64,000 bases of DNA from Mobula hypostoma (taxonomy: Eukaryota): the NCBI RefSeq assembly GCF_963921235.1, contig NC_086108.1, forward strand, positions 99,140,001 through 99,204,000, in the 5' to 3' direction. The notes under the pieces were generated by a model that was not told the origin of the DNA, made no database searches, and saw only the letters and a list, made by a program, of their open reading frames with translations. Position numbers and translations under genes: made by a program. Within the stretch, counting starts at the first letter, position 1, and each line of letters starts with the position of its first letter. This document shows, piece after piece, positions 15,001 to 30,000 of this stretch.

Positions 15001-18000
15001 TGTACTCCATATCCCGCTCACCACCTCACCTTCACCAGACAGCATGTACTCCTTATCCCCCTCACCACCTCACCTACACCAGACAGCATGTACTCCTTAT
15101 CCCCCCTCAACACCACACATACACCAGGCAGCATGTACTCCATATCCCGCTCACCACCGCACCTACACCAGACAGCATGTACTCCTTATCCCCCCTTACC
15201 ACCTCACCTACACCAGACAGCATGTACTCCTTAACCCCCTCACCACCTCACATACACCAGACAGCATGTACTCCTTATCCCCCTCACCCCCTCACCTACA
15301 CCAGACAGCATGTACTCCTTATCATCCCCTCACCACCTCACCTACACCAGACAGCATGTACTCCTTAACCCCCTCACCACCTCACCTACACCAGACAGCA
15401 TGTACTCCTTAACCCCCTTACAACCTCACCTACACCAGACAGCATGTACTCCTTATCCCCCTCACCACCTCACCTACACCAGACAGCATGTACTCCTTAA
15501 CCCCCTCACCACCTCACCTACACCAGACAGCATGTACTCCTTATCCCCCCCTCGCCACCTCACCTACACCAGACAGCATGTACTCCTTATCCCCCCCTCG
15601 CCACCTCACCTACACCAGACAGAATGTACTCCTTATCCCTCCCTCACCACCTCACCTACCCCAGACAGCATGTACCCCTTATCCCCCTCACCACCTCACC
15701 TACACCAGACAGCATGTACTCCTTATCCCCCGCACCAGCTCACCTACACCAGGCAGCATGTACTCCTTATCCCCCCCTCACCACCTCACCTACACCAGAC
15801 AGCATGTACTCCTTATCCCCCCTCACCCCCTCACCTACACCAGACAGCATGTACTCCTTACCGCCCCTCACCACATCACCTACACCAGACAGCATGTACT
15901 CCTTACCCCCGCCTCACCAGCTCACCTACACCAGACAGCATGTACTCCTTATCCCCCCCTCACCAGCTCACCTACACCAGACAGCATGTACTCCTTATCC
16001 CCCTCAGCACCTCACCTACACCAGACAGCATGTACTCCTTATCCGCCCCTCACCACCTCACCTACACCAGACAGCATGTACTCCTTATCCCCCGTCAACA
16101 CCACAAATACACCAGACAGCATGTACTCCTTATCCCCCGTCACCACCTCACCTACACCAGACAGCATGTACTCCTTATCCCCACCTCGCCACCTCACCTA
16201 CACCAGACAGCATGTACTCCTTATCCCCCTCACCACCTCACCTACACCAGACAGCATGTACTCCTTATCCCCCTCACCACCTCACCTACACCAGACAGCG
16301 TGTACTCCTTATCCCCCCTTCGCCACCTCACCTACACCAGACAGCATGTACTCCTTATCCCCCCCTCGCCACCTCACCTACACCAGACAGCATGTACTCC
16401 TTAACCCCCTCACCACCTCACCTACACCAGACAGCATGTACTCCTTAACCCCCTCACCACCTCACCTACACCAGACAGCATGTACTCCTTATCCCCCTCA
16501 CCACCTCATCCTACACCAGACATCATGTACTCCTTATCCCCCTCACCACCTCACCTACACCAGACAGCATGTACTCCTTATCCCCCTCACAACCTCACCG
16601 ACATCAGACAGCATGTACTCCTTATCCCCGCTTCGCCACCTCACCTACACCAGACAGCATTTACTCCTGACCCCCCTCACCACCTCACCTACACCAGACA
16701 GCATGTACTCCTTAACCCCTCCTCACCAGCTCACCTTCACCAGACAGCATGTACTCCTTATCCCTCCCTCACCACCTCACCTACCCCAGGCAGCATGTAC
16801 TCCTTACCCCCCCTCACCACCTCACCTACACCAGACAGCATGTACTCCTTATCCCCCTGAACACCTCACGTACACCAGACAGCATGAACACCTTACCCCC
16901 CTCAGCACCTCACCTGCACCAGACAGCATGTACTCCTTATCCCCCCTCACCCCCTCACCTACACCAGACAGCATGTACTCCTTATCCCCCTCACCACCTC
17001 ACATACACCAGGCAGCATGTACTCCTTATCCCCCTCACCACCTCACCTTCACCAGACAGCATGTACTCCTTATCCCCCTCACCACCTCACATACACCAGA
17101 CAGCATGTACTCCTTATCACCCTCACCACCTAACCTACACCAGACAGCATGTACTCCTTATCCCTCCTACCACCTCAACGACACCAGACAGCATGTACTC
17201 CATATCCCCTGAACACCTCGCCTACACCAGACAGCATGTACTCCTTAACCCCCTCACCACATCACCTGCACCAGACAGCATGTACTCCTTAACCCCCTCA
17301 CCACCTCACCTACACCAGACAGCATGTACTCCTTATCCCCCTCACCACCTCACCAACACCAGCCAGCATGTACTCCTTATCCCCCTCACCACCTCACCTA
17401 CACCAGACAGCATGTACTCCTTATCCCGCTCACCACCTCACCTACACCAGACAGAATGTACTCCTTATCCCCCCTCACCACCTCACCTGCACCAGACAGC
17501 ATGTACTCCTTAGCCCCCCCTCAACACCTCACCTACACCAGACAGCATGTACTCCTTATCCCCCTCACCACCTCATCCTACACCAGACAGCATGTACTCC
17601 TTATTCCCCCTCACCACCTCATCCTACACCAGACAGCATGTACTCCTTAACCCCCTCACCACCTCATCCTACACCAGACAGCATGTACTCCTTATCCCCC
17701 CCTCACCACCTCACCTACACCAGATTGCATGTACTCCTTACCCCCATCACCACCTCACCTACACCAGACAGCATGTACTCCTTATCCCGCCCTCACCACC
17801 TCACCTACACCAGACAGCATGTACTCCTTATCCCCCGTCACCACGTCACCTACACCAGACAGCATGTACTCCATATCCCGCTCACCACCTCACCTACACC
17901 AGACAGCATGTACTCCTTAACCCCCTCACCACCTCATCCTACACCAGACAGCATGTACTCCTTATCCCCCCCTCACCACCTCACCTACACCAGATTGCAT

Positions 18001-21000
18001 GTACTCCTTACCCCCATCACCACCTCACCTACACCAGACAGCATGTACTCCTTATCCCCCCTCACCACCTCACCTACACCAGACAGCATGTACTCCTTAT
18101 CCCCCGTCACAACCTCACCTACACCAGACAGCATGTACTCCTTATCCCCCTCACCACCTCACCTACACCAGACAGCATGTACTCCTTATCCCCCCCTCAC
18201 CACCTCACCTACACCAGACAGCATGTACTCCTTAACCCCCTCACCACCTCACCTACACCAGACAGCATGTACTCCTTATCCCCCTCACCACCTCACCTAC
18301 ACCAGACAGCATGTACTCCTTATCCCCCTCACCACCTCACCTACACCAGACAGCATGTACTCCTTATCCCCCCCTCACCACCTCACCTACACCAGACAGC
18401 ATGTACTCCTTATCCCCCTCACCACCTCACCTACACCAGACAGCATGTACTCCTTATCCCCCTCACCACCTCACCTACACCAGACAGCATGTACTCCTAT
18501 CCCCCCTCACCACCTCACCTACACCAGACAGCATGTACTCCTTAATCCCCCCACCACCTCACCTACACCAGACAGCATGTACTCCTTATCCCCCTCACCA
18601 CCTCACCTACACCAGACAGCATGTACTCCTTATCCCCCTCACCACCTCACCTACACCAGACAGCATGTACTCCTAACCCCCTCACCACCTCACCTACACC
18701 AGACAGCATGTACTCCTTACCCCCCTCACCACCTCACCTACACCAGACAGCATGTACTCCTTATCCCCCTCACCACCTCACCTACACCAGACAGCATGTA
18801 CTCCTTATCCCCCTCACCACCTCACCTACACCAGACAGCATGTACTCCTTATCCCCCTCACCACCTCACCTACACCAGACAGCATGTACTCCTTACCCCC
18901 CTCACCACCTCACCTACACCAGACAGCATGTACTCCTTATCCCCCTCACCACCTCACCTACACCAGACAGCATGTACTCCTTATCCCCCGTCACCACCTC
19001 ACCTACACCAGACAGCATGTACTCCTTATCCCCCTCACCACCTCACCTACACCAGACAGCATGTACTCCTTACCCCCCTCACCACCTCACCTACACCAGA
19101 CAGCATGTACTCCTTATCCCCCTCACCACCTCACCTACACCAGACAGCATGTACTCCTTATCCCCCTCACCACCTCACCTACACCAGACAGCATGTACTC
19201 CTTATCCCCCTCACCACCTCACCTACACCAGACAGCATGTACTCCTTATCCCCCTCACCACCTCACCTACACCAGACAGCATGTACTCCTTATCCCCCTC
19301 ACCACCTCACCTACACCAGACAGCATGTACTCCTTACCTACACCAGACAGCATGTACTCCTTCACCACCTCACCTACACCAGACAGCATGTACTCCTTAT
19401 CCCCCTCACCACCTCACCTACACCAGACAGCATGTACTCCTTATCCCCCTCACCACCTCACCTACACCAGACAGCATGTACTCCTTATCCCCCTCACCAC
19501 CTCACCTACACCAGACAGCATGTACTCCTTATCCCCCTCACCACCTCACCTACACCAGACAGCATGTACTCCTTATCCCCCTCACCACCTCACCTACACC
19601 AGACAGCATGTACTCCTTATCCCCCTCACCACCTCACCTACACCAGACAGCATGTACTCCTTCCCCCTCACCTACACCAGACACATCACCACCTCACCTA
19701 CACCAGACAGCATGTACTCCTTATCCCCCTCACCACCTCACCTACACCAGACAGCATGTACTCCTTATCCCCCTCACCACCTCACCTACACCAGACAGCA
19801 TGTACTCCTTATCCCCCTCACCACCTCACCTACACCAGACAGCATGTACTCCTTATCCCCCTCACACCTCCTATCCTTCACCACCTCACCTACACCAGAC
19901 AGCATGACTCCTTCCCCCTCACACCTCACCTACACCAGACAGCATGTACTCCTTATCCCCCTCACCACCTCACCTACACCAGACAGCATGTACTCCTTAT
20001 ACCCCCTCACCACCTCACCTACACCAGACAGCATGTACTCCTTATCCCCCTCACCACCTCACCTACACCAGACAGCATGTACTCCTTATCCCCCCTCACC
20101 ACCTCAACGACACCAGACAGCATGTACTCCATATCCCCTCAACACCTCGCCTACACCAGACAGCATGTACTCCTTATCCCCCTCACCACCTCACCTACAC
20201 CAGACAGCATGTACTCCTTGTCTCCCCCTCACCACCTCACCTACACCAGACAGCATGTACTCCTTATCCCCCTCACCACCTCACCTACACCAGACAGCAT
20301 GTACTCCTTATCCCCCTCACCACCTCACCTACACCAGACAGCATGTACTCCTTATCCCCCTCAACACCACTCCTACAACAGAACCTCACCTACACCAGAC
20401 AGCATGTACTCCTTTTCCCCCTCACCACCTCACCTACAACAGACAGCATGTACTCCTTATCCCCCTCACCACCTCACCTACACCAGACAGCATGTACTCC
20501 TTATCCCCCTCACCACCTCACCTACACCAGACAGCATGTACTCCTTATCCCCCTCACCACCTCACCTACACCAGACAGCATGTACTCCTTATACCCCGCT
20601 CCCTCCTACACCAGACAGCATGTACTCCTTATCCCCCTCACCTACACCAGACAGCATGTACTCCTTATCCCCCTCACCACCTCACCTACACCAGACAGCA
20701 TGTACTCCTTATCCCCCTACCCCCTCACCACCTCACCTACACCAGACAGCATGTACTCCTTATCCCCCTCACCACCTCACCTCACAGACACATGTACTCC
20801 TTATCCCCCTCACCACCTCACCCACCACAGCATGTACTCCTTATCCCCCTCACCACCTCACCTCACCAGACAGCATGTACTCCTTATCCCTCCCACCTCA
20901 CCTACACCAGACAGCATGTACTCCTTATCCCCCTCACCACCTCACCTACACCAGACAGCATGTACTCCTTATCCCCCTCACCACCTCACCTACACCAGAC

Positions 21001-24000
21001 AGCATGTACTCCTTATCCCCCCTCACCACCTCACCTACACCAGACAGCATGTACTCCTTATCCCCCTCACCACCTCACCTACACCAGACAGCATGTACTC
21101 CTTACCCCCTCACCACCTCACCTACACCAGACCATGTACTCCTTATCCCTCACCACCTCACCTACACCAGACAGCATGTACTCCTTATCCCCCTCACCAC
21201 CTCACCTACACCAGACAGCATGTACTCCTTATCCCCCTCACCACCTCACCTACACCAGACAGCATGTACTCCTTATCCCCCTCACCACCTCACCTACACC
21301 AGACAGCATGTACTCCTTATCCCCCTCACCACCTCACCTACACCAGACAGCATGTACTCCTTATCCCCCTCACCACCTCACCTACACCAGACAGCATGTA
21401 CTCCTTATCCCCCTCACCACCTCACCTACACCAGACAGCATGTACTCCTTATCCCCCTCACCACCTCACCTCACTACACCAGACAGCATGTACTCCTTAT
21501 CCCCCTCACCACCTCACCTACACCAGAGCAGCATGTACTCCTTATCCCCCTCACCACCTCACCTACACCAGACAGCATGTACTCCTTATCCCCCCTCACC
21601 ACCTCACCTACACCAGACAGCATGTACTCCTTATCCCCCTCACCACCTCACCTACACCAGACAGCATGTACTCCTTATCCCCCTCACCACCTCACCTACA
21701 CCAGACAGCATGTACTCCTTATCCCCCTCACCACCTCACCTACACCAGACAGCATGTACTCCTTATCCCCCTCACCACCTCACCTACACCAGACAGCATG
21801 TACTCCTTATCCCCCCTCACCACCTCACCTACACCAGACAGCATGTACTCCTTATCCCCCTCACCACCTCACCTACACCAGACAGCATGTACTCCTTATC
21901 CCCCTCACCACCTCACCTACACCAGACAGCATGTACTCCTTATCCCCCTCACCACCTCACCTACACCAGACAGCATGTACTCCTTATCCCCCTCACCACC
22001 TCACCTACACCAGACAGCATGTACTCCTTATCCCCCTCACCACCTCACCTACACCAACAGCATGTACTCCTTACCCCCTCACACCTCACCACACCAGACA
22101 GCATGTACTCCTTATCCACCACTCATCCTATCACCTCACCTCACCTACACCAGACAGCATGTACTCCTTATCCCCCTCACCACCTCACCTACACCAGACA
22201 GCATGTACTCCTTATCCCCCTCACCACCTCACCTACACCAGACAGCATGTACTCCTTATCCCCCTCACCACCTCACCTACACCAGACAGCATGTACTCCT
22301 TATCCCCCTCACCACCTCACCTACACCAGACAGCATGTACTCCTTATCCCCCTCACCACCTCACCTACACCAGACAGCATGTACTCCTTATCCCCCTCAC
22401 CACCTCACCTACACCAGACAGCATGTACTCCTTATCCCCCTCACCACCTCACCTACACCAGACAGCATGTACTCCTTATCCCCCTCACCACCTCACCTAC
22501 ACCAGACAGCATGTACTCCTTATCCCCCTCACCACCTCACCTACACCAGACAGCATGTACTCCTTACCCCCCTCACCTTATCCCCTCACCCCTCACCTAC
22601 ACCAGACAGCATGTACTCCTTATCCCCCTCACCACCTCACCTACACCAGACAGCATGTACTCCTTATCCCCCCTCACCACCTCACCTACACCAGACAGCA
22701 TGTACTCCTTACCCCCTCACCACCTCACCTACACCAGACAGCATGTACTCCTTATCCCCCTCACCACCTCACCTACACCAGACAGCATGTACTCCTTATC
22801 CCCCTCACCACCTCACCTACACCAGACAGCATGTACTCCTTATCCCCCTCACCACCTCACCTACACCAGACAGCATGTACTCCTTATCCCCCTCACCACC
22901 TCACCTACACCAGACAGCATGTACTCCTTATCCCCCTCACCACCTCACCTACACCAGACAGCATGTACTCCTTATCCCCCTCTCACCACCTCACCTACAC
23001 CAGACAGCATGTACTCCTTACCCCCTCACCACCTCACCTACACCAGACAGCATGTACTCCTTATCCCCCCCCTCACCACCTCACCTCACCAGACAGCATG
23101 TACTCCTATCCCCCTCACCACCTCACCTACACCAGACAGCATGTACTCCTTATCCCCCTCACCACCTCACCTACACCAGACAGCATGTACTCCTTATCCC
23201 CCTCACCACCTCACCTACACCAGACAGCATGTACTCCTTATCCCCCTCACCACCTCACCTACACCAGAAGCATGTACCCCTCCTCACCTACACCAGACAG
23301 CATGTACTCCTTACCCCCTCACCACCTCACCTACACCAGACAGCATGTACTCCTTATCCCCCCTCACCACCTCACCTACACCAGACAGCATGTACTCCTT
23401 ATCCCCCGTCACCACCTCACCTACACCAGACAGCATGTACTCCTTATCCCCCTCACCACCTCACCTACACCAGACAGCATGTACTCCTTACCCCCCCTCA
23501 CCACCTCACCTACACCAGACAGCATGTACTCCTTATCCCCCCTCACCACCTCACCTACACCAGACAGCATGTACTCCTTATCACCCCCTCACCACCTCAC
23601 CTACACCAGACAGCATGTACTCCTTATCCCCCTCACCACCTCACCTACACCAGACAGCATGTACTCCTTATCCCCCTCACCACCTCACCTACACCAGACA
23701 GCATGTACTCCTTATCCCCTCACCACCTCACCTACACCAGACAGCATGTACTCCTTATCCCCCTCACCACCTCACCTACACCAGACAGCATGTACTCCTT
23801 ATCCCCTCACCACCTCACCTACACCAGACAGCATGTACTCCTTATCCCCCCTCACCACCTCACCTACACCAGACAGCATGTACTCCTTATCCCCCTCACC
23901 ACCTCACCTACACCAGACAGCATGTACTCCTTATCCCCCTCACCACCTCACCTACACCAGACAGCATGTACTCCTTATCCCCCTCACCACCTCACCTACA

Positions 24001-27000
24001 CCAGACAGCATGTACTCCTTATCCCCCTCACCACCTCACCTACACCAGACAGCATGTACTCCTTATCCCCCCTCAACACCACACCTACACCAGACAGCAT
24101 GTACTCCTTATCCCCCTCACCACCTCACCTACACCAGACAGCATGTACTCCTTATCCCCCTCACCACCTCACCTACACCAGACAGCATGTACTCCTTATC
24201 CCCCTCACCACCTCACCTACACCAGACAGCATGTACTCCTTATCCCCCTCACCACCTCACCTACACCAGACAGCATGTACTCCTTATCCCCCTCACCACC
24301 TCACCTACACCAGACAGCATGTACTCCTTATCCCCCTCACCACCTCACCTACACCAGACAGCATGTACTCCTTATCCCCCTCACCACCTCACCTACACCA
24401 GACAGCATGTACTCCTTATCCCCCTCACCACCTCACCTACACCAGACAGCATGTACTCCTTATCCCCCTCACCACCTCCCTCACCACCTCACCTACACCA
24501 GACAGCATGTACTCCTTATCCCCCTCACCACCTCACCTACACCAGACAGCATGTACTCCTTATCCCCCTCACCACCTCACCTACACCAGACAGCATGTAC
24601 TCCTTATCCCCCTCACCACCTCACCTACACCAGACAGCATGTACTCCTTACCCCCCCTCACCACCTCACCTACACCAGACAGCATGTACTCCTTATCCCC
24701 CTCACCACCTCACCTACACCAGACAGCATGTACTCCTTACCCCCCTCACCACCTCACCTACACCAGACAGCATGTACTCCTTATCCCCCTCACCACCTCA
24801 CCTACACCAGACAGCATGTACTCCTTATCCCCCGCTCACCACCTCACCTACACCAGACAGCATGTACTCCTTATCCCCCTCACCACCTCACCTACACCAG
24901 ACAGCATGTACTCCTTACCCCCCTCACCACCTCACCTACACCAGACAGCATGTACTCCTTATCCCCCTCAACACCACTCCTACAACAGAACCTCACCTAC
25001 ACCAGACAGCATGTACTCCTTATCCCCCTCACCACCTCACCTACACCAGACAGCATGTACTCCTTATCCCCCTCACCACCTCACCTTCACCACGCAGCAT
25101 GGACTCCTTATCCCCCTCACCACCTCACCTACGCCAGACAGCATGTACTCCGTATCCCCCTCACCACCTCCCCTTCATCAGACCGCTTGTACTCCTTATC
25201 CCCCTCACCACCTCACCTTCACCAAGCAGCATGGACTCCTTATCCCCCTCACGACCTCACCTACACCAGACAGCATGTACTCCTTATCCCCCGTCACCAC
25301 CTCACCTACACCAGACAGCATGTACTCCTTATCCCCCTCACCACCTCACCTATCACAGATTGCATGTACTCCTTATCCCCCCTCACCACCTCACCTACAC
25401 CAGACAGCATGTTCTCCTTATCCCCCTCAACACCACACCTATAACAGAACCTCACCTACACCAGACTGCATGTACTCCTTATCCCCCTCACCACCTCACC
25501 TACACCAGACAGCATGTACTCCTTATCCCCCTCACCACCTCACCTACACCAGACAGCATGTACTCCTTATCCCCCTCACCACCTCACCTACACCAGACAG
25601 CATGTACTCCTTATCAACCCCTCACAACACCTCACCTACACCAGACAGCATGTACTCCTTATCCCCCTCACCACCTCACCTACACCAGACAGCATGTACT
25701 CCTTATCCCCCTCACCACCTCACCTACACCAGACAGCATGTACTCCTTATCCCCCTCACCACCTCACCTACACCAGACAGCATGTACTCCTTATCCCCCT
25801 CACCACCTCACCTACACCAGACATCATGTACTCCTTATCCCCCTCAACACCACTCCTACAACAGAACCTCAGCTACACCAGACAGCATGTTCTCCTTATC
25901 CCCCTCACCACCTCACCTACACCAGACAGCATGTACTCCTTATCCCCCGTCACCACCTCACCTACACCAGACAGCATGTACTCCTTATCCCCCTCACCAC
26001 CTCACCTACACCAGACAGCATGTACTCCTTATCATCCCCTCACCACCTCACCTACACCAGACAGCGTGTACTCCTTATCCCCCCTCACTACCTCACCTTC
26101 ACCAGACAGAGCGTACCCCTTATCTCTCCCACCTCACCTGCACCAGACAGTATTTACTCCATATCCCCCCGTCACCAAATCACCGACACCAGGCAGCATG
26201 TACTCCTTATCCCCCTCACCACCTCACCTACACCAGACAGCATGTACTCCTTACCCCCCCTCACCACCTCACCTATAGCAGACAGCACGTACTCCTTCCC
26301 CCCCGCTCACCACCTCTCCTACACCAGACAACATGTACTCCTTATCCCCCTGAACACCTCACGTACACCAGACAGCATGTACTCCTTATCCCCCCTCACC
26401 ACCTCACCTACACCAGACAGCATGTACTCCTTATCCCCCTCACCACCTCATCTACAACAGACAGCATGTACTCCTTATCCCCCTCAACACCACTCCTACA
26501 ACAGAACCTCACCTACACCAGACAGCATGTTCTCCTTATCCCCCTCACCACCTCACCTACACCAGACAGCATGTACTCCTTATCCCCCTCACCACCTCAC
26601 CTATAACAGAACCTCACCTACACCAGACTGCATGTACTCCTTATCCCCCTCACCACATCACCTACACCAGACAGCATGTACTCCTTATCCCCCTCACCAC
26701 CTCACCTATACCAGACAGCATGTACTCCTTATCCCCCCCTCACCACCTCACCTACACCAGACAGCATGTACTCCTTATCCCCCTCACCACCTCACCTACA
26801 CCAGACACCATGTACTCCTTATCCCCCTCACCACCTCACCTACACCAGACAGCATGTACTCCTTATCCCCCCCTCACCACCTCACCTACACCAGACAGCA
26901 TGTACTCCTTATCCCCCTCACCACCTCACCTTCACCAGACAGCATGTACTCCTTATCCCCCTCACCACCTCACCTACACCAGACAGCATGTACTCCTTAT

Positions 27001-30000
27001 CCCCTCACCGCCTCACCTACACNNNNNNNNNNNNNNNNNNNNNNNNNNNNNNNNNNNNNNNNNNNNNNNNNNNNNNNNNNNNNNNNNNNNNNNNNNNNNN
27101 NNNNNNNNNNNNNNNNNNNNNNNNNNNNNNNNNNNNNNNNNNNNNNNNNNNNNNNNNNNNNNNNNNNNNNNNNNNNNNNNNNNNNNNNNNNNNNNNNNNN
27201 NNNNNNNNNNNNNNNNNNNNNNATCCCCCTCACCACCTCACCTACACCAGACATCATGTACTCCTTATCCCCCTCACCACCTCACCTACACCAGACAGCA
27301 TGTACTCCTTATCCCCCTCACCACCTCACCTACACCAGACAGCATGTACTCCTTATCCCCCTCACCACCTCACCTTCACCAGACATCATGTACTCCTTAT
27401 CCCCCTCACCACCTCACCTACACCAGACAGCATGTACTCCTTATCCCCTCACCACCTCACCTACACCAGACAGCATGTACTCCTTATCTCTCCCACCTCA
27501 CCTACACCAGACAGCATGTACTCCTTATCCCCCTCACCACCTCACCTACACCAGACAGCATGTACTCCTTATCCCCCTCAACACCACTCCTACAACAGAA
27601 CCTCAGCTACACCAGACAGCATGTTCTCCTTATCCCCCTCACTACCTCACCTTCACCAGACAGAGCGAACCCCTTATCTCTCCCACCTCACCTGCACCAG
27701 ACAGTATTTACTCCATATCCCCCCGTCACCAAATCACAGACACCAGGCAGCATGTACTCCTTATCCCCCTCACCACCTCACCTACACCAGACAGCATGTA
27801 CTCCTTACCCCCCCCACCACCTCACCTATAGCAGACAGCACGTACTCCTTCCCCCCCGCTCACCACCTCTCCTACACCAGACAGCATGTACTCCTTATCC
27901 CCCTGAACACCTCAAGTACACCAGACAGCATGTACTCCTTATCCCCCTCACCACCTCATCTACAACAGACAGCATGTACTCCTTATCCCCCTCAACACCA
28001 CTCTTACAACAGAACCTCACCTACACCAGACAGCATGTACTCCTTACCCCCCCTCACCACCTCACCTTCATCAGACCGCTTGTACTCCTTATCCCCCTCA
28101 CCACCTCACCTTCACCAAGCAGCATGGACTCCTTATCCCCCTCACGACCTCACCTACACCAGACAGCATGTACTCCTTATCTCTCCCACCTCAGCTACAC
28201 CAGACACCATGTACTGCTTATCCCCCGTCACCACCTCACCTACACCAGACAGCATGTACTCCTTATCCCCCTCACCACCTCACCTATCACAGGTTGCATG
28301 TACTCCTTATCCCCCCTCACCACCTCACCTACACCAGACAGCATGTTCTCCTTATCCCCCTCAACACCACACCTATAACAGAACCTCACCTACACCAGAC
28401 TGCATGTACTCCTTATCCCCCTCACCACCTCACCTACACCAGACATCATGTACTCCTTATCCCCCTCACCACCTCACCTACACCAGACAGCATGTACTCC
28501 TTATCCCCCTCACCACCTCACCTACACCAGACAGCATGTACTCCTTATCCCCCTCACCACCTCACCTTCACCAGACATCATGTACTCCTTATCCCCCTCA
28601 CCACCTCACCTACACCAGACAGCATGTACTCCTTATCCCCTCACCACCTCACCTACACCAGACAGCATGTACTCCTTATCTCTCCCACCTCACCTACACC
28701 AGACAGCATGTACTCCTTATCCCCCTCACCACCTCACCTACACCAGACAGCATGTACTCCTTATCCCCCTCAACACCACTCCTACAACAGAACCTCAGCT
28801 ACACCAGACAGCATGTTCTCCTTATCCCCCTCACCACCTCACCTACACCAGACAGCATGTACTCCTTATCCCCCTCACCACCTCACCTACGCCAGACAGC
28901 ATGTACTCCTTATCCCCCTCACCACCTCACCTTCACCAAGCAGCATGGACTCCTTACACCCCGTCGCCACCTCACCTACACCAGACAGCGTGTACTCCTT
29001 ATCCCCCCTCACTACCTCACCTTCACCAGACAGAGCGTACCCCTTATCTCTCCCACCTCACCTGCACCAGACAGTATTTACTCCATATCCCCCCGTCACC
29101 AAATCACCGACACCAGGCAGCATGTACTCCTTATCCCCCTCACCACCTCACCTACACCAGACAGCATGTACTCCTTACCCCCCCTCACCACCTCACCTAT
29201 AGCAGACAGCACGTACTCCTTCCCCCCCGCTCACCACCTCTCCTACACCAGACAGCATGTACTCCTTATCCCCCTGAACACCTCACGTACACCAGACAGC
29301 ATGTACTCCTTATCCCCCCTCACCACCTCACCTACACCAGACAGCATGTACTCCTTATCCCCCTCACCACCTCATCTACAACAGACAGCATGTACTCCTT
29401 ATCCCCCTCAACACCACTCCTACAACAGAACCTCACCTACACCAGACAGCATGTTCTCCTTATCCCCCTCACCACCTCACCTACACCAGACAGCATGTAC
29501 TCCTTATCCCCCTCACCACCTCACCTATAACAGAACCTCACCTACACCAGACTGCATGTACTCCTTATCCCCCTCACCACATCACCTACACCAGACAGCA
29601 TGTACTCCTTATCCCCCTCACCACCTCACCTAGACCAGACAGCATGTACTCCTTATCCCCCCCTCACCACCTCACCTACACCAGACAGCATGTACTCCTT
29701 ATCCCCCTCACCACCTCACCTACACCAGACATCATGTACTCCTTATCCCCCTCACCACCTCACCTACACCAGACAGCATGTACTCCTTATCCCCCTCACC
29801 ACCTCACCTACACCAGACAGCATGTACTCCTTATCCCCCTCACCACCTCACCTTCACCAGACAGCATGTACTCCTTATCCCCCTCACCACCTCACCTACA
29901 CCAGACTGCATGTACTCCTTATCCCCCTCACCACATCACCTACACCAGACAGCATGTACTCCTTATCCCCCTCACCACCTCACCTTCACCAGACATCATG

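Noticed and set aside
17368..27831. 3487-aa and other mucin-like PTS/His-rich ORFs across the satellite
   Set aside because: The unit is 44 bp, C-run indels switch frame freely, all three frames are equally open, and the ORF crosses an N gap.
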